Source: Alphaproteobacteria bacterium
GTDB taxonomy: Bacteria; Pseudomonadota; Alphaproteobacteria; M2410
NCBI GenBank assembly: GCA_965248915.1
Contig: OZ252216.1
Location: forward strand, 3,349,889-3,413,888
Length of the DNA: 64,000 bases
Reading direction: 5' to 3'
Shown here: piece by piece, positions 10,046 to 19,639 of the stretch
Layout: each line of letters opens with the position of its first letter
Position numbering within the stretch: position 1 is the stretch's first letter
Notes under the pieces: model-generated
The model's input: the letters and a program-made list of their open reading frames with translations, nothing else
Told to the model about the DNA's origin: nothing
The model's database searches: none
Position numbers and translations under genes: made by a program

Positions 10046-10831
10046 TTTTACACTCTATACGAGGGCGAAAATTTGTTACCCTCGAAACGAGTAATGATTA
10101 TAGAGGGTTACAAGACCAATAGGCTCTCCGTTTAGTATTCGATATGCCGGAGATGCGTTTTTCAGATCGGTCTTTAGTTGTTTTCTCTGTAGGGCGAGAT
10201 CGTCGTCCGCTTGAGCCTGATTTCTAAGCGGACCTGAGTTTGTGAGTCTGCTTGCCTAAGCAAGTCGAGTGAACACGATTTGCAGTGAAAATGGTCAAGT
10301 CTTTGCAACTAGTACCAAATGTTTTCAAGTGTATGGCCGCGCGCGCCAAGCGGTCGGCGGTTTGCTAGTCTGCGTCCACCACCAAACTTCCCTAAGAAGT
10401 AATACGACACGAGGGAACCAACGGGTCCCTTTGTTTTTGTGCGCCAAGTCAATGGGTTGGTGAGGAGTGGGATTGGCATGGTTTTCTCTGGAGAATCCTG
10501 AAAGTGCTTTTGATGAGGTGCACTTGGATGGCTTTCTCTGGCAGGGCCATTTGCCGACCTCTTAGAGAGGATATCCTATGCGGCGGATTTCTGCGAGTTC
10601 GATAGAATGAAGTCGATTGCGAGATCGTCTGCCCAGAGAACATTCTTCGTCGATGAATGAGGAGTTAAAGTCCGCATGATATCAAAGAGGAAGCACATTG
10701 ACGCCAGTCAATTGGAGTTTGATTCTTGCTCGAAGCGGCTATTGCGCGATTACTTCATTAGGATCATGACCCAACAGTTCTATTACGTGACTTTCTATGC
10801 CTTTTGGACTTGTGACGTGCTTCCCGAATCC

Positions 10832-11040
10832 TGGATCATTTAGAGTTGGAATTTTCTAACAATGATCCCTTGAATGGGAGAAGGAGAGTTACAAGCGGAA
10901 GTCGAAGTTTAGTGATGCACAAATCGCCTTTGTTTTGCGGCAAGTCGAAGAGGCACGTCCACTTCGGAGGTTTGCCGAAAGACCGACATCGCCGAAGCGA
11001 CCTTTTACAATTGGCGGAAGAAGTATGTTGCAAGATGAGA
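10832..11040 (+). pseudogene. decayed IS3-family orfA remnant (left end plus about 55 codons with one frameshift)
   Basis: Frame 0 reads KSKFSDAQIAFVLRQVEE. After a 1-nt loss another frame reads GTSTSEVCRKTDIAEATFYNWRKKYVAR*. Together these match the HTH region of IS3 OrfA. Truncated about 15 bp from the stop of the next gene. The TGGATCATTTAGAG terminus-like sequence at 10832 is only a tentative left end. Confidence 0.6.
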
Positions 11041-11052
11041 TATGTGTCTCGC

Positions 11053-12612
11053 CTAAGGCATCACGCCGTAGCGGGGGGTCGGGCTTGGCGATTTCGTTCG
11101 CCGGTTACGGGCGAGCTCGAGTGCCTGCGATATACGCGCTCGAGTTTCTTCAGGGAGGACAATGTCATCGACTGAAAACGTCTCGGCAGCATGGATCGCG
11201 CCGGCACTTCGCTCATAGTGTGCCACTAGATCTCTTTTGAGTTGCTCAGGATTGTCAGAGTTTTCAATTTCGGTCGCATGTGCGGCCAGAACCGCACTAG
11301 AGGGCGGCAGAGATCCAAAGTCAGCAAATGGCCAAGCAAGAACCAGATCTTGCCCACTCGAACCGCCCCCACCCATTGCGCAGGCTCCGAAACCAAAAGC
11401 CTTGCGGGTCACAACCGTAATGACAGGAATATCAGCCCATGCGAGAGAGTAGGTCAGCGCAAGCCCGGGGCGTAAGGTGCCTTCTCGTTCCGCTTCCGGC
11501 CCTGGCATCACCCCTGGTACATCGACAAGAAAGACAAGCGGCACATGATAAGCAACACAGAGATCAATGAAATGTCGCGCCTTGCGTGCGGCGGCCGCGG
11601 TGATAGCGCCTGCATATACAAGTGACTGATTGGCGACCAATCCGATCGGGTGGCCATCAATCCGAGCAAAACCCGCAATCAGCATCGATGCATGTTCCGG
11701 CTTGATCTCAAAGAAGCTTTCATCGTCCACAATAGCACTAATGACTTTCTTCATATCAAATGGCACACGCGGGTCGTCGGGAACAATGCTCGATATGATT
11801 TCTTGCGCTTCTTTTGATGGGGGCGTTGGTGCAACCGCAGGCGGATATTCGTATGCGTTTGTAGGAAGGTAAGACAAAAATTGGCGCGCCTTGGCGATTG
11901 CCATCTCCTCATTGCCGGCTCTCATGTCGGCAACACCAGAGACGCGGCAATGCACGTCCGCACCGCCTAACACTTCTTTGTCAATGTCTTGTCCGGTTGC
12001 AGCCTTAACGATCGGTGGGCCGCCTGCCGCCAACATACTTGTTCCATCGACCATAATGAGCATCTGGCAGAGTGAGGCGATGAGCGAGGAATCCCCTGCG
12101 CTTGGGCCCATTATCAAGCACACCTGCGGTGACGTCCCAGAGTGCCGGGCGATGGCTGCATAATGTGGTCCAGAAGGATATCCTTCGCCAATCATCTCTT
12201 GCGCACGTGCTCCTGCCCCATCTTGAATCCAAATAACGGGAACACATTCCTTGTGAGCTATTTCAATTGCGCGAAGTTTTTTTCGACCATGAACAATGCC
12301 GAATGTTCCACCTTTGACCGTAAAGTCTTCTCCAACAACGCAGACGGATCGTCCATCGATCTTGCCAAATCCAACGACGACACCGTCAGCTGGCGAGATC
12401 TCATTCGAAGTCGAAGAGTGTCCGATCTCTGTTCGATGAGTAGCTAAAAGGCCATATTCTCCAAAGGTGCCAGGGTCAAGAAGAAGATCAATCCGCTCAC
12501 GGACAGTCAACTTACCGCGCGCGTGTTGCTTTTTGATGCGCGTTTGTCCACCCATTTCAAGAGCTTGCTTCCGGCGAGCGCGTAGCTCTTCGTATTTCTC
12601 GTCTTTGCTCAT
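11053..12612 (-). CDS. acyl-CoA carboxylase carboxyltransferase (beta) subunit family protein
   Basis: Start at MSKDEKYEELRARR. ARGKLTVRERIDLLLDPGTF and two carboxyltransferase halves match the PccB/MmdA-like pattern. No biotin carboxylase or BCCP gene in the window. Confidence 0.85.
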   Translation of the reverse strand: MSKDEKYEELRARRKQALEMGGQTRIKKQHARGKLTVRERIDLLLDPGTFGEYGLLATHRTEIGHSSTSNEISPADGVVVGFGKIDGRSVCVVGEDFTVKGGTFGIVHGRKKLRAIEIAHKECVPVIWIQDGAGARAQEMIGEGYPSGPHYAAIARHSGTSPQVCLIMGPSAGDSSLIASLCQMLIMVDGTSMLAAGGPPIVKAATGQDIDKEVLGGADVHCRVSGVADMRAGNEEMAIAKARQFLSYLPTNAYEYPPAVAPTPPSKEAQEIISSIVPDDPRVPFDMKKVISAIVDDESFFEIKPEHASMLIAGFARIDGHPIGLVANQSLVYAGAITAAAARKARHFIDLCVAYHVPLVFLVDVPGVMPGPEAEREGTLRPGLALTYSLAWADIPVITVVTRKAFGFGACAMGGGGSSGQDLVLAWPFADFGSLPPSSAVLAAHATEIENSDNPEQLKRDLVAHYERSAGAIHAAETFSVDDIVLPEETRARISQALELARNRRTKSPSPTPRYGVMP

Positions 12613-12707
12613 TCTATTAATCTCATTCGACCGCCGCACTGTTGGCAACGCTCAACCACGAAGCGGATTGCATCAATCATTGTTATCTCCGGCTCCGCAT
12701 GCCGCAA

Positions 12708-13895
12708 CTAGCTCGCAGACGCATCCAGTAGCAACTCCGAGAGGCGAGCTCTAAGTTCATCAAGCGCCGTTTCATCGCCTATCATCTCAATGTCGGTGTT
12801 AATTTGCACCGCAAGAGCGGAATCTGTTTTCGCAAGGTAAACCAATAGGGATCGATATCCCGGAATCCAACCGCCATGACCGTAGCTTTTTCCGTCAGAT
12901 GTTTCAAAAATGGTGACGCCGAGGCCATATTTAGGATACTCAGTCTCTTGATTGCGACGACGCACCCCTTTGAACATTTCGGTTCGATAATCCCAGTCCA
13001 TGGCCCGACCACCGAACAATATCCGCCCCCAACGGGCCAGATCTTGGGAATTATTTACAAGTCCACCGCCGGTCCACTCCGTCAATGGGTCGTATACCAG
13101 CAGCCCTTCGTTATCGAGCGTTTTCGTTGGCACACCCAGTGGATTGTCCGCGCTCAGATAGCCTGGAACAAGCCCCTTTAGGTCGCGTTTATTTGAAGGT
13201 GATGTGCGCGTGAGTGCAAAAGGCTCGAGAAACGTCTCTGTCAAAACTTGGTAGTAATTCTTGTTTGAAGCTTTTTCGATGATTAGCCCGACAAGCAAAT
13301 ACCCGGTGTCTGTGTATGAAAACCCCTCGCCTGGCTTGAACAATGCTGGTTGACCCAGAATCGTTGCAATCGTCTCGCGCGGTTTGAGTGCCGGTGCAGA
13401 CAGGCCTCGCTCTGCCCATAGGTCTGCAAATGCTTTCATGTACACATGATCGACCAATCCACTTGAATGGGTAAGCAGATGCCGGACTGTAATGGTGCTG
13501 GCATTTGGTAATAGGTCAAAAAACGATTCATCAGCCAACCACTTCGAAATGGGAGCATCCAGCTCCAGCACGCCCTCGCCAACCAGCGAAAGTGCTGTTG
13601 CAGAGACGTAGGTCTTACCGATGCTCGCTGAAAGCATGCGCGATTCAACATTCATTTCAATGTTAGAGTCCGGATCGGCATATCCAACCGCCGTGGCACA
13701 GACTTTGCCATCCGGCAGCGCCAACGCAGCGGTTGCTCCTGGAAATTCATAAGAATCGTAAACCTCCTGCACGATCTGATTCAATTTCGAACAGACCTCA
13801 GGAGGACTTGCCGACCTGTGATGCGATTCCAGGCAGCCGACAAGCAAAACCGGCATGGCAACAAATGCCAAAATGGCGGCTCGATAAGCTCGCAT
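12708..13895 (-). CDS. serine hydrolase (beta-lactamase/esterase family), predicted lipoprotein
   Basis: The internal Met at 13895 gives MRAYRAAILAFVAMPVLLVGC (a lipobox-like LVGC). S-x-x-K motif SIGK; later YTDTGY and HGGW motifs. Confidence 0.75.
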   Translation of the reverse strand: MRAYRAAILAFVAMPVLLVGCLESHHRSASPPEVCSKLNQIVQEVYDSYEFPGATAALALPDGKVCATAVGYADPDSNIEMNVESRMLSASIGKTYVSATALSLVGEGVLELDAPISKWLADESFFDLLPNASTITVRHLLTHSSGLVDHVYMKAFADLWAERGLSAPALKPRETIATILGQPALFKPGEGFSYTDTGYLLVGLIIEKASNKNYYQVLTETFLEPFALTRTSPSNKRDLKGLVPGYLSADNPLGVPTKTLDNEGLLVYDPLTEWTGGGLVNNSQDLARWGRILFGGRAMDWDYRTEMFKGVRRRNQETEYPKYGLGVTIFETSDGKSYGHGGWIPGYRSLLVYLAKTDSALAVQINTDIEMIGDETALDELRARLSELLLDASAS

Positions 13896-14346
13896 TTGAG
13901 GCCGCCAACAGTCACTTGGATCGTTTGATATATCCAATGTTTGATTAGCAAAGAAGCCCCGGAACAATTTCATCGCTTGGCAATTCTCCTCAGCCTGGCT
14001 GTCGGTCAAAAAACAAAACATGACATCAGTATTGGTTTTATTATTGTTCCGCATGTAATGTCAAGCGACGGACCATGCGAGGCGCACAACAAAAGCGAAG
14101 CTTGTCAACAAGGGAGCTTAGTCTTGAATTCAGTAAACTCGAAATCTCGTGTGACAGTGGGAAAGTGATCCTCCATCGAAAGGGTGCTCGGGGCGAAAAT
14201 TTGAAAACTGCTTTTTGACTTTACCCAGCCAATTGACAGTTTTTGCTCACAACCCAGATGGACTATATGAAAAAGTTGAATACCGCTTGTTGATTCGTTA
14301 TCAAACACGCGAATATGGGATTGACACTTCTTGGAATAATTTTGGC

Positions 14347-15063
14347 ATGAACGATTTTACTTACCGCCAATATCTGGAGCGGAAAATATCTGGAGAGGGC
14401 CAAAAGAGGAAGGGAGCAAGGACTCGTGATCGCTTGAAAATAGCGGCATCAGACCTTCTCAACAAAATTTCATACAAAAAGATGAGGGTCAGTGACATTT
14501 GCGACGTGGCAAAAGTGTCGCCCGGCACCTTCTATCTCTATTACAAAAACAAGACTGAAATTTCGAAGGAAGTTGTCGGTGAGTTTGTTGAGCTGTTTTA
14601 CGATACAGTAGAAACTGTAAACACAACAGACACGTTTCAATCCATTTTCTCTGCAAACCGGGCCGCAATGTCGGTTGCGCGTGCAAACCCCGGCCTGATG
14701 AGAGGATTGGTACAACTCGGTGAAGATGAATCTGATTTTGCAATTCAAGAGTTTGAAATCAACAACTCGTGGACACTAAGAATGGCTCACTCCATTGCGA
14801 AGAATCTAGATATGGAGAATCTCGCAATTGCCCACTTCGCAGCCAACGCCATGAGTGCCATGATGGACCAATGGATTTCACGAATCATCGTCGCAGAGGA
14901 CACCTATATTGCGGCGTTGGTTTCTGACCTTTCCTTGAGCGACGACGATATGTGTGAATGCCTTTCGGTTCTATGGTATCGAGCCATCTATGGGAAAAAC
15001 CCACACGCAGTAGAATCGGAGGCGGCGAAACAGATTGTCGCTATGGCAGACAAATCAATTTAG
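14347..15063 (+). CDS. TetR-family transcriptional regulator
   Basis: HTH region TRDRLKIAASDLLNKISYKKMRVSDICDVAKVSPGTFYLYYKNKTEI. Start placed at MNDFTYRQ; the ORF track starts at a TTG at 14215. Confidence 0.8.
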   Translation: MNDFTYRQYLERKISGEGQKRKGARTRDRLKIAASDLLNKISYKKMRVSDICDVAKVSPGTFYLYYKNKTEISKEVVGEFVELFYDTVETVNTTDTFQSIFSANRAAMSVARANPGLMRGLVQLGEDESDFAIQEFEINNSWTLRMAHSIAKNLDMENLAIAHFAANAMSAMMDQWISRIIVAEDTYIAALVSDLSLSDDDMCECLSVLWYRAIYGKNPHAVESEAAKQIVAMADKSI

Positions 15064-15145
15064 AATTGGCTTATTCAGTTCGCCAAGGCTGACCAATCCC
15101 TCTCTTGAGGTACGACCAGCCCTGACTGTTTGTCTTTGAGTCTTC

Positions 15146-17371
15146 CTAAAAGTCCATCCTAAGCTCAATACCGAAAGTTCTTGGCTGACCCAATACAGAG
15201 AATTTTTGACCAACAAGCGGATTGGTGAAGAGGTCAAACAACCTGGTTCGGTAAACTTCGTCAGTCAGGTTCTTACCCCACAACGAAACAGCCCAACCGT
15301 TTTCCGAACTAGCGATCATCACACGCGCGTTCACCAACAAATACGGATCGACTTCAGTATCAGGATCTGACGTATCAAGACCCAGATAGTTTGTTCCCTG
15401 ATGAACCAGATCGCCGATAAGCGTCAAGTCATAGTCGCTTGACAATGTCGTGGAATACTCAAGCGTCGCGCCAATCTGATGTTCAGGAGCATTGGGAACT
15501 TTTGTTAACATTTTTGGTATTGCAGGAGGAGCGGCAGGAATTGTCCCTTCATCGAATTCAGTTTCGTTGAAAGACGCAAATCCGCTCAATCGAAGATCAT
15601 CTGTTATGAATGCGACAAATTCCAACTCAATGCCTTGAGAATGAGCCGCGCCGGCATTCGACGTGATTGGATCATAGACAAGCGGTGTTGCGGGGTTGTC
15701 GGAACTCGTCTGAATGTCCTTCCACTCCATATAATATACAGCCCCATTGACCGTGACACGTCCGCCCGCCAGCGTCGATTTGAAACCGGCCTCGTAGTTC
15801 CACAAAGTCTCAGGGTCGAAGGAAATACCCGTCGCATCACCGAGAGCGTCGTTGTAGCCACCGCTCTTAAAACCGCGGCTAATTGTCAGGTAACTCATAA
15901 CGTCATCAGACCAACGATATTTGAGCGAAAGCGTGGGGGTAAACGCGTTCCAATCGTCTGCGTCTTTTAAGTCGACGACCGTACCACCCAATAGAAAAAG
16001 TGGATCGCTTTGATTGTAAGTGATGGACTTTTCTTCGATTGTGTATCGCCCCCCGATGGCGAGCTCGAGACGTTCGGTCATGTCCATGGATACATTCGCA
16101 AAGAGTGCATAACTGTCAACTTCCATTTGAGCGCTGGACCCAACTGTCAAACCATCTAGGAGGGCGGGGTCACCCGTGAGAGCAAACGACAAATCGCTCC
16201 CCAAGGTCACAAAACTCAAATTATCAGTATCCTGATGAAAGTAGTATCCGCCAACAATCCAGTCGAATCTCTGATCGCCTGTTGATGCAAGCCGAATTTC
16301 CTGGCTGGTCCGGGACACGTCTTCCGGATCACCGTCATAGGCCCAGTCAAGTGGGGAAACATCAGTATCGCCGATATTGTAGTACTCGTGGGTTCGGTAA
16401 CCTGTCACACTGATCAAGTCGATACCGTCAAAGGACTTTACGATTTTGAGCGAGACGCCTTTGGCCTCAAGGGTTTCTTCAGATAGCAGGTTGGAATATA
16501 TCCTGCGGTCTTCAGGGTTTGTATTTAGCGGCAGACTGTTGGCGATCAATGTGGCGGTTACAAGCCCGGCCGGATTGTACGACAAAACTTCAAAGTTTTT
16601 GGAATGCTGCTCCACATTTTGATAATCCGCATTAAGTGAAATCTGTAGGCTGTCGGTTGGCGTAAAGTCCAATGCGAGTCTAAAGCCATATCTTTCGGTA
16701 TCATCGACATCCTCACCGAGAAAGACGTTTTCCGTATACCCGCCATGTTCAAACAGCATTGCAGAAAGCGAAGCGTTGAATTTCCCTTCGACAATCGGTC
16801 CGCCGACCACTCCCCTTAGGCGCGTATGATCATAGTCGCCGAACTCAACTTCTACATTGCCGGAAAACTCCGATGGTGGCGCCTTTGACACGATGTTGAT
16901 TACACCACCGATAGTGTTGCGGCCAAAGACAGTTCCTTGAGGTCCGCGCAGGATTTCAATACGTTCGATTTCAAATAGGTCAAAATTGGCGCCGACACCG
17001 GGGCCAAGAAAAATTTCGTCAAGATAATAGCCAACCGCGGGATCTTGGCCCGCCGATCCTGAACTGGCCACAATGCCGCGCAGCGACGTGCCGCCTAATT
17101 TGAGGTCGGTAAAGTTGCCAAAGACCAAACCAGGTGTATGGTGAGCAATATCCTCAAACCCCGTTGCATTCATTTTCGCCAAATCGTCTGACGAAAACGC
17201 AGTGATCGAAATCGGAACATCCTGGATGGACTGCTCACGTTTTTGCGCAGTCACAACGATCTCCTCGATCAATTGAGCTGACACCGGCATAGTGGCCATG
17301 GTTAATGCGGCTATCGTCGCACCATAGACAATTGCATTATGCTTCTTATTGAAGTTCCAGATTGATCTCAT
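15146..17371 (-). CDS. TonB-dependent receptor
   Basis: Signal peptide, plug motif EEIVVTAQKREQSIQDVPISITAF, long beta-barrel region, C-terminal ...GIELRMDF. Confidence 0.9.
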   Translation of the reverse strand: MRSIWNFNKKHNAIVYGATIAALTMATMPVSAQLIEEIVVTAQKREQSIQDVPISITAFSSDDLAKMNATGFEDIAHHTPGLVFGNFTDLKLGGTSLRGIVASSGSAGQDPAVGYYLDEIFLGPGVGANFDLFEIERIEILRGPQGTVFGRNTIGGVINIVSKAPPSEFSGNVEVEFGDYDHTRLRGVVGGPIVEGKFNASLSAMLFEHGGYTENVFLGEDVDDTERYGFRLALDFTPTDSLQISLNADYQNVEQHSKNFEVLSYNPAGLVTATLIANSLPLNTNPEDRRIYSNLLSEETLEAKGVSLKIVKSFDGIDLISVTGYRTHEYYNIGDTDVSPLDWAYDGDPEDVSRTSQEIRLASTGDQRFDWIVGGYYFHQDTDNLSFVTLGSDLSFALTGDPALLDGLTVGSSAQMEVDSYALFANVSMDMTERLELAIGGRYTIEEKSITYNQSDPLFLLGGTVVDLKDADDWNAFTPTLSLKYRWSDDVMSYLTISRGFKSGGYNDALGDATGISFDPETLWNYEAGFKSTLAGGRVTVNGAVYYMEWKDIQTSSDNPATPLVYDPITSNAGAAHSQGIELEFVAFITDDLRLSGFASFNETEFDEGTIPAAPPAIPKMLTKVPNAPEHQIGATLEYSTTLSSDYDLTLIGDLVHQGTNYLGLDTSDPDTEVDPYLLVNARVMIASSENGWAVSLWGKNLTDEVYRTRLFDLFTNPLVGQKFSVLGQPRTFGIELRMDF

Positions 17372-17404
17372 GTTCGGTCTCCCCCGGGGAATTGTCGCTT
17401 GTGA

Positions 17405-17415
17405 AACCCCGTCAA
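17405..17415 (+). repeat. 11-bp direct repeat copy 1 (AACCCCGTCAA, then GGTCAA 2 nt later)
   Basis: Exact 11-mer also at 17529..17539. Both lie in the divergent region between the receptor and the MaoC operon. Confidence 0.5.
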
Positions 17416-17528
17416 TTGGTCAATTTGTAATCGCGGCTCCGCAATCCGTCTCAGCAGAAAGAAAAACAAGTCTGCGTAACCACCGCATCCATTCCTCACT
17501 TGGATTTTGACAATCCTAGGCTGCAAGG

Positions 17529-17539
17529 AACCCCGTCAA
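17529..17539 (+). repeat. 11-bp direct repeat copy 2 (AACCCCGTCAA, then GGTCAA 6 nt later)
   Basis: Exact match to 17405..17415, 124 bp away. Confidence 0.5.
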
Positions 17540-17686
17540 CTCACAGGTCAAACGCACTCAAAACGAAATAACCTGTTGAAACTTAATCATCTTTCTTGTA
17601 AAACTAAATATAACGTCAGTATTATTTATTGCCCGAGAAAAAATGTCAACCACCAAGGTGCTAATGAAACCAAGGAAATAGAAACG

Positions 17687-18220
17687 ATGGCAAATAGCAA
17701 AGACGATCAAGGATCTTCGATTTTTGATGAATTGAAGCAGCTGTCTGAAGGAGAGTTGATCGGCGTGTCCGACTGGTTGACGGTTGATCAGGAAATGATC
17801 GATGGATTTGCCAAACACACACTTGATCCTGATCCCATGCATATAGATCCGGAGTGGTGCAAGAAAAACAGCCCCTTTGGTACGACTGTCGCCTTTGGTT
17901 TTCTCACAGTGTCTTTGCTAACGCATTTTTTGCATGATGTGTTGCACTTCAATCAATCTGACAACGCTGCTGGCGGCGGCTACGGCATCAATTATGGATT
18001 TGACAGATTGCGTCTTGTGGCTCCGGTTCCTGTAAACTCTCGGATCAGGGGGACCTTCACAATGAAAAACATTCGTGAAAAGAATCCAGGAGAAATGATT
18101 CAAACCGTTGACTGCACGATCGAAATCGAAGGTCAAGAACGTCCAGCGCTTGTTGCTGAATGGGTTTCTCTCGGCGTTTCCGAACAAGGACACGAACGAA
18201 TTTCCGCCAACCAACGGTAA
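17687..18220 (+). CDS. MaoC-like (R)-specific enoyl-CoA hydratase / hotdog dehydratase
   Basis: Start MANSKDD preceded by AAGGAA. DPDPMHIDPEWCKKNSPFGTTVAFGFLTVSL matches the MaoC hydratase motif region. Confidence 0.8.
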   Translation: MANSKDDQGSSIFDELKQLSEGELIGVSDWLTVDQEMIDGFAKHTLDPDPMHIDPEWCKKNSPFGTTVAFGFLTVSLLTHFLHDVLHFNQSDNAAGGGYGINYGFDRLRLVAPVPVNSRIRGTFTMKNIREKNPGEMIQTVDCTIEIEGQERPALVAEWVSLGVSEQGHERISANQR

Positions 18221-18262
18221 TACATCCAGATTGGGCAAAGAATCTCAAGTGGGCGCATAACA

Positions 18263-19609
18263 GTGATCAAACACCGCCTTATCGCTGGATATGCAATCGG
18301 CTCACTCGGCACTGGCATCTACTCCAGCGTTCCCTCGGTTCTCTTACTCTACTTCATGACCGATACTTTGGGCATTGGCGCTGGCCTTGCTTCTCTTGCC
18401 GTGTTTGTTCCAAAAATCTGGGATGTGGTGACAGACCCAGTCATGGGATGGCTCTCGGACAATACCCGTTCTCGATGGGGCCGGCGAAGGCCCTGGCTCT
18501 TGGTTGGTGCCATTCTTATGTCTGTCAGTTTCATCTTCCTCTTTACGGTCCCAGAATACGATGAAACGTTCACCAAGTTCTTGTATGTTCTGATCGTTTT
18601 TACAATCAGCGCAACGGCATATACGGTTTTCGCTGTTCCCTATCTGGCGATTCCGGCCGAGATTAGTGACGATCACCACGAGCGAACGCTGATCATGTCT
18701 TATCGGATGGGCTTTGCAATGGCTGGCTTGCTCATCGGTTCGGCTTTTGCGCCATATTTGGTAAGTTATTTTGGTGGTGGAACGGCTGGGTACTCGGCCA
18801 TGTCGGTATTGATTGGTGCCCTTTGTGCCTTTGCTATGCTGGTTGCAGTCTTTACTACAGCCAAACTACCATCGCGGCCCGAACCCAAAACAAAATCGAA
18901 GATCACCGAGGTCTTTCAACCTTTCTTCGAGGATAGGGCATTTCGTATCTTGATTTCGGTTTACATTCTTCAACTTTTGGCACTTGGCATATTCAGTTCC
19001 GCTATTCCCTTTTATGTTGCCTATATTCTGTTTCAAGGTGAAGCGTTGGTGGCAACAATCTTTCTCTGTCTTCTTTCAGCAGCTATCGTTGCAATGCCCT
19101 TATGGGCGGCGATCGCAAAATTGACGGGTAAGAAAACGTCGTTCGGTTTGGCTGCTCTCGTCTTCTCGATTGGCATTGCCTCCATGCACTTGGGCAGCGA
19201 AAGCGGTGTGGCCGCGACGCTGTATGTCAAACTTGCAATCATGGGGGTTGGTCTGGCGGGCATTCAAATGTTGCCATTCGCCATGTTGACAGACATCATA
19301 CAAGTTAGCACCGTTCGCCAAGGACAGAGGCGAGAAGCTGGCTATACCGGTCTTTGGACCGCAAGCGAGAAACTTGGCCTGGCTTTTGGCCCGCTCATAA
19401 CTGGGTTGGTTCTGCAGGTAACGGGTTTCAAGGCGGCAATTGCCGGACAAGCCCAAACACAATCCGAATTCGCAACGAGCGGAATCATGATTTGTGTTGC
19501 TATTCTACCGGCTGTTTTTGCGGGGATCAGCGTTCTTGTATTACGGATGTATCCGATAACTGAGTCCGTGATGAATTCGATGACGGTGGCAAGTACCGAT
19601 GTTGAGTGA
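18263..19609 (+). CDS. MFS_2 / GPH-family (MelB-like) cation symporter
   Basis: 12-TM-like protein with the GPH signature DVVTDPVMGWLSDNTRSRWGRRRPWLLVGA. Confidence 0.8.
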   Translation: MIKHRLIAGYAIGSLGTGIYSSVPSVLLLYFMTDTLGIGAGLASLAVFVPKIWDVVTDPVMGWLSDNTRSRWGRRRPWLLVGAILMSVSFIFLFTVPEYDETFTKFLYVLIVFTISATAYTVFAVPYLAIPAEISDDHHERTLIMSYRMGFAMAGLLIGSAFAPYLVSYFGGGTAGYSAMSVLIGALCAFAMLVAVFTTAKLPSRPEPKTKSKITEVFQPFFEDRAFRILISVYILQLLALGIFSSAIPFYVAYILFQGEALVATIFLCLLSAAIVAMPLWAAIAKLTGKKTSFGLAALVFSIGIASMHLGSESGVAATLYVKLAIMGVGLAGIQMLPFAMLTDIIQVSTVRQGQRREAGYTGLWTASEKLGLAFGPLITGLVLQVTGFKAAIAGQAQTQSEFATSGIMICVAILPAVFAGISVLVLRMYPITESVMNSMTVASTDVE

Positions 19610-19639
19610 CAACAACAGAGCCAAAGAAGAGCTCCAACA

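Noticed and set aside
14229-14237. CCAATTGAC upstream of the TetR gene is the reverse complement of GTCAATTGG at 17411..17419
   Set aside because: A single shared 9-mer is expected about 0.5 times by chance in 128 kb of two-strand sequence (128000/4^9). That is not enough to call a motif.
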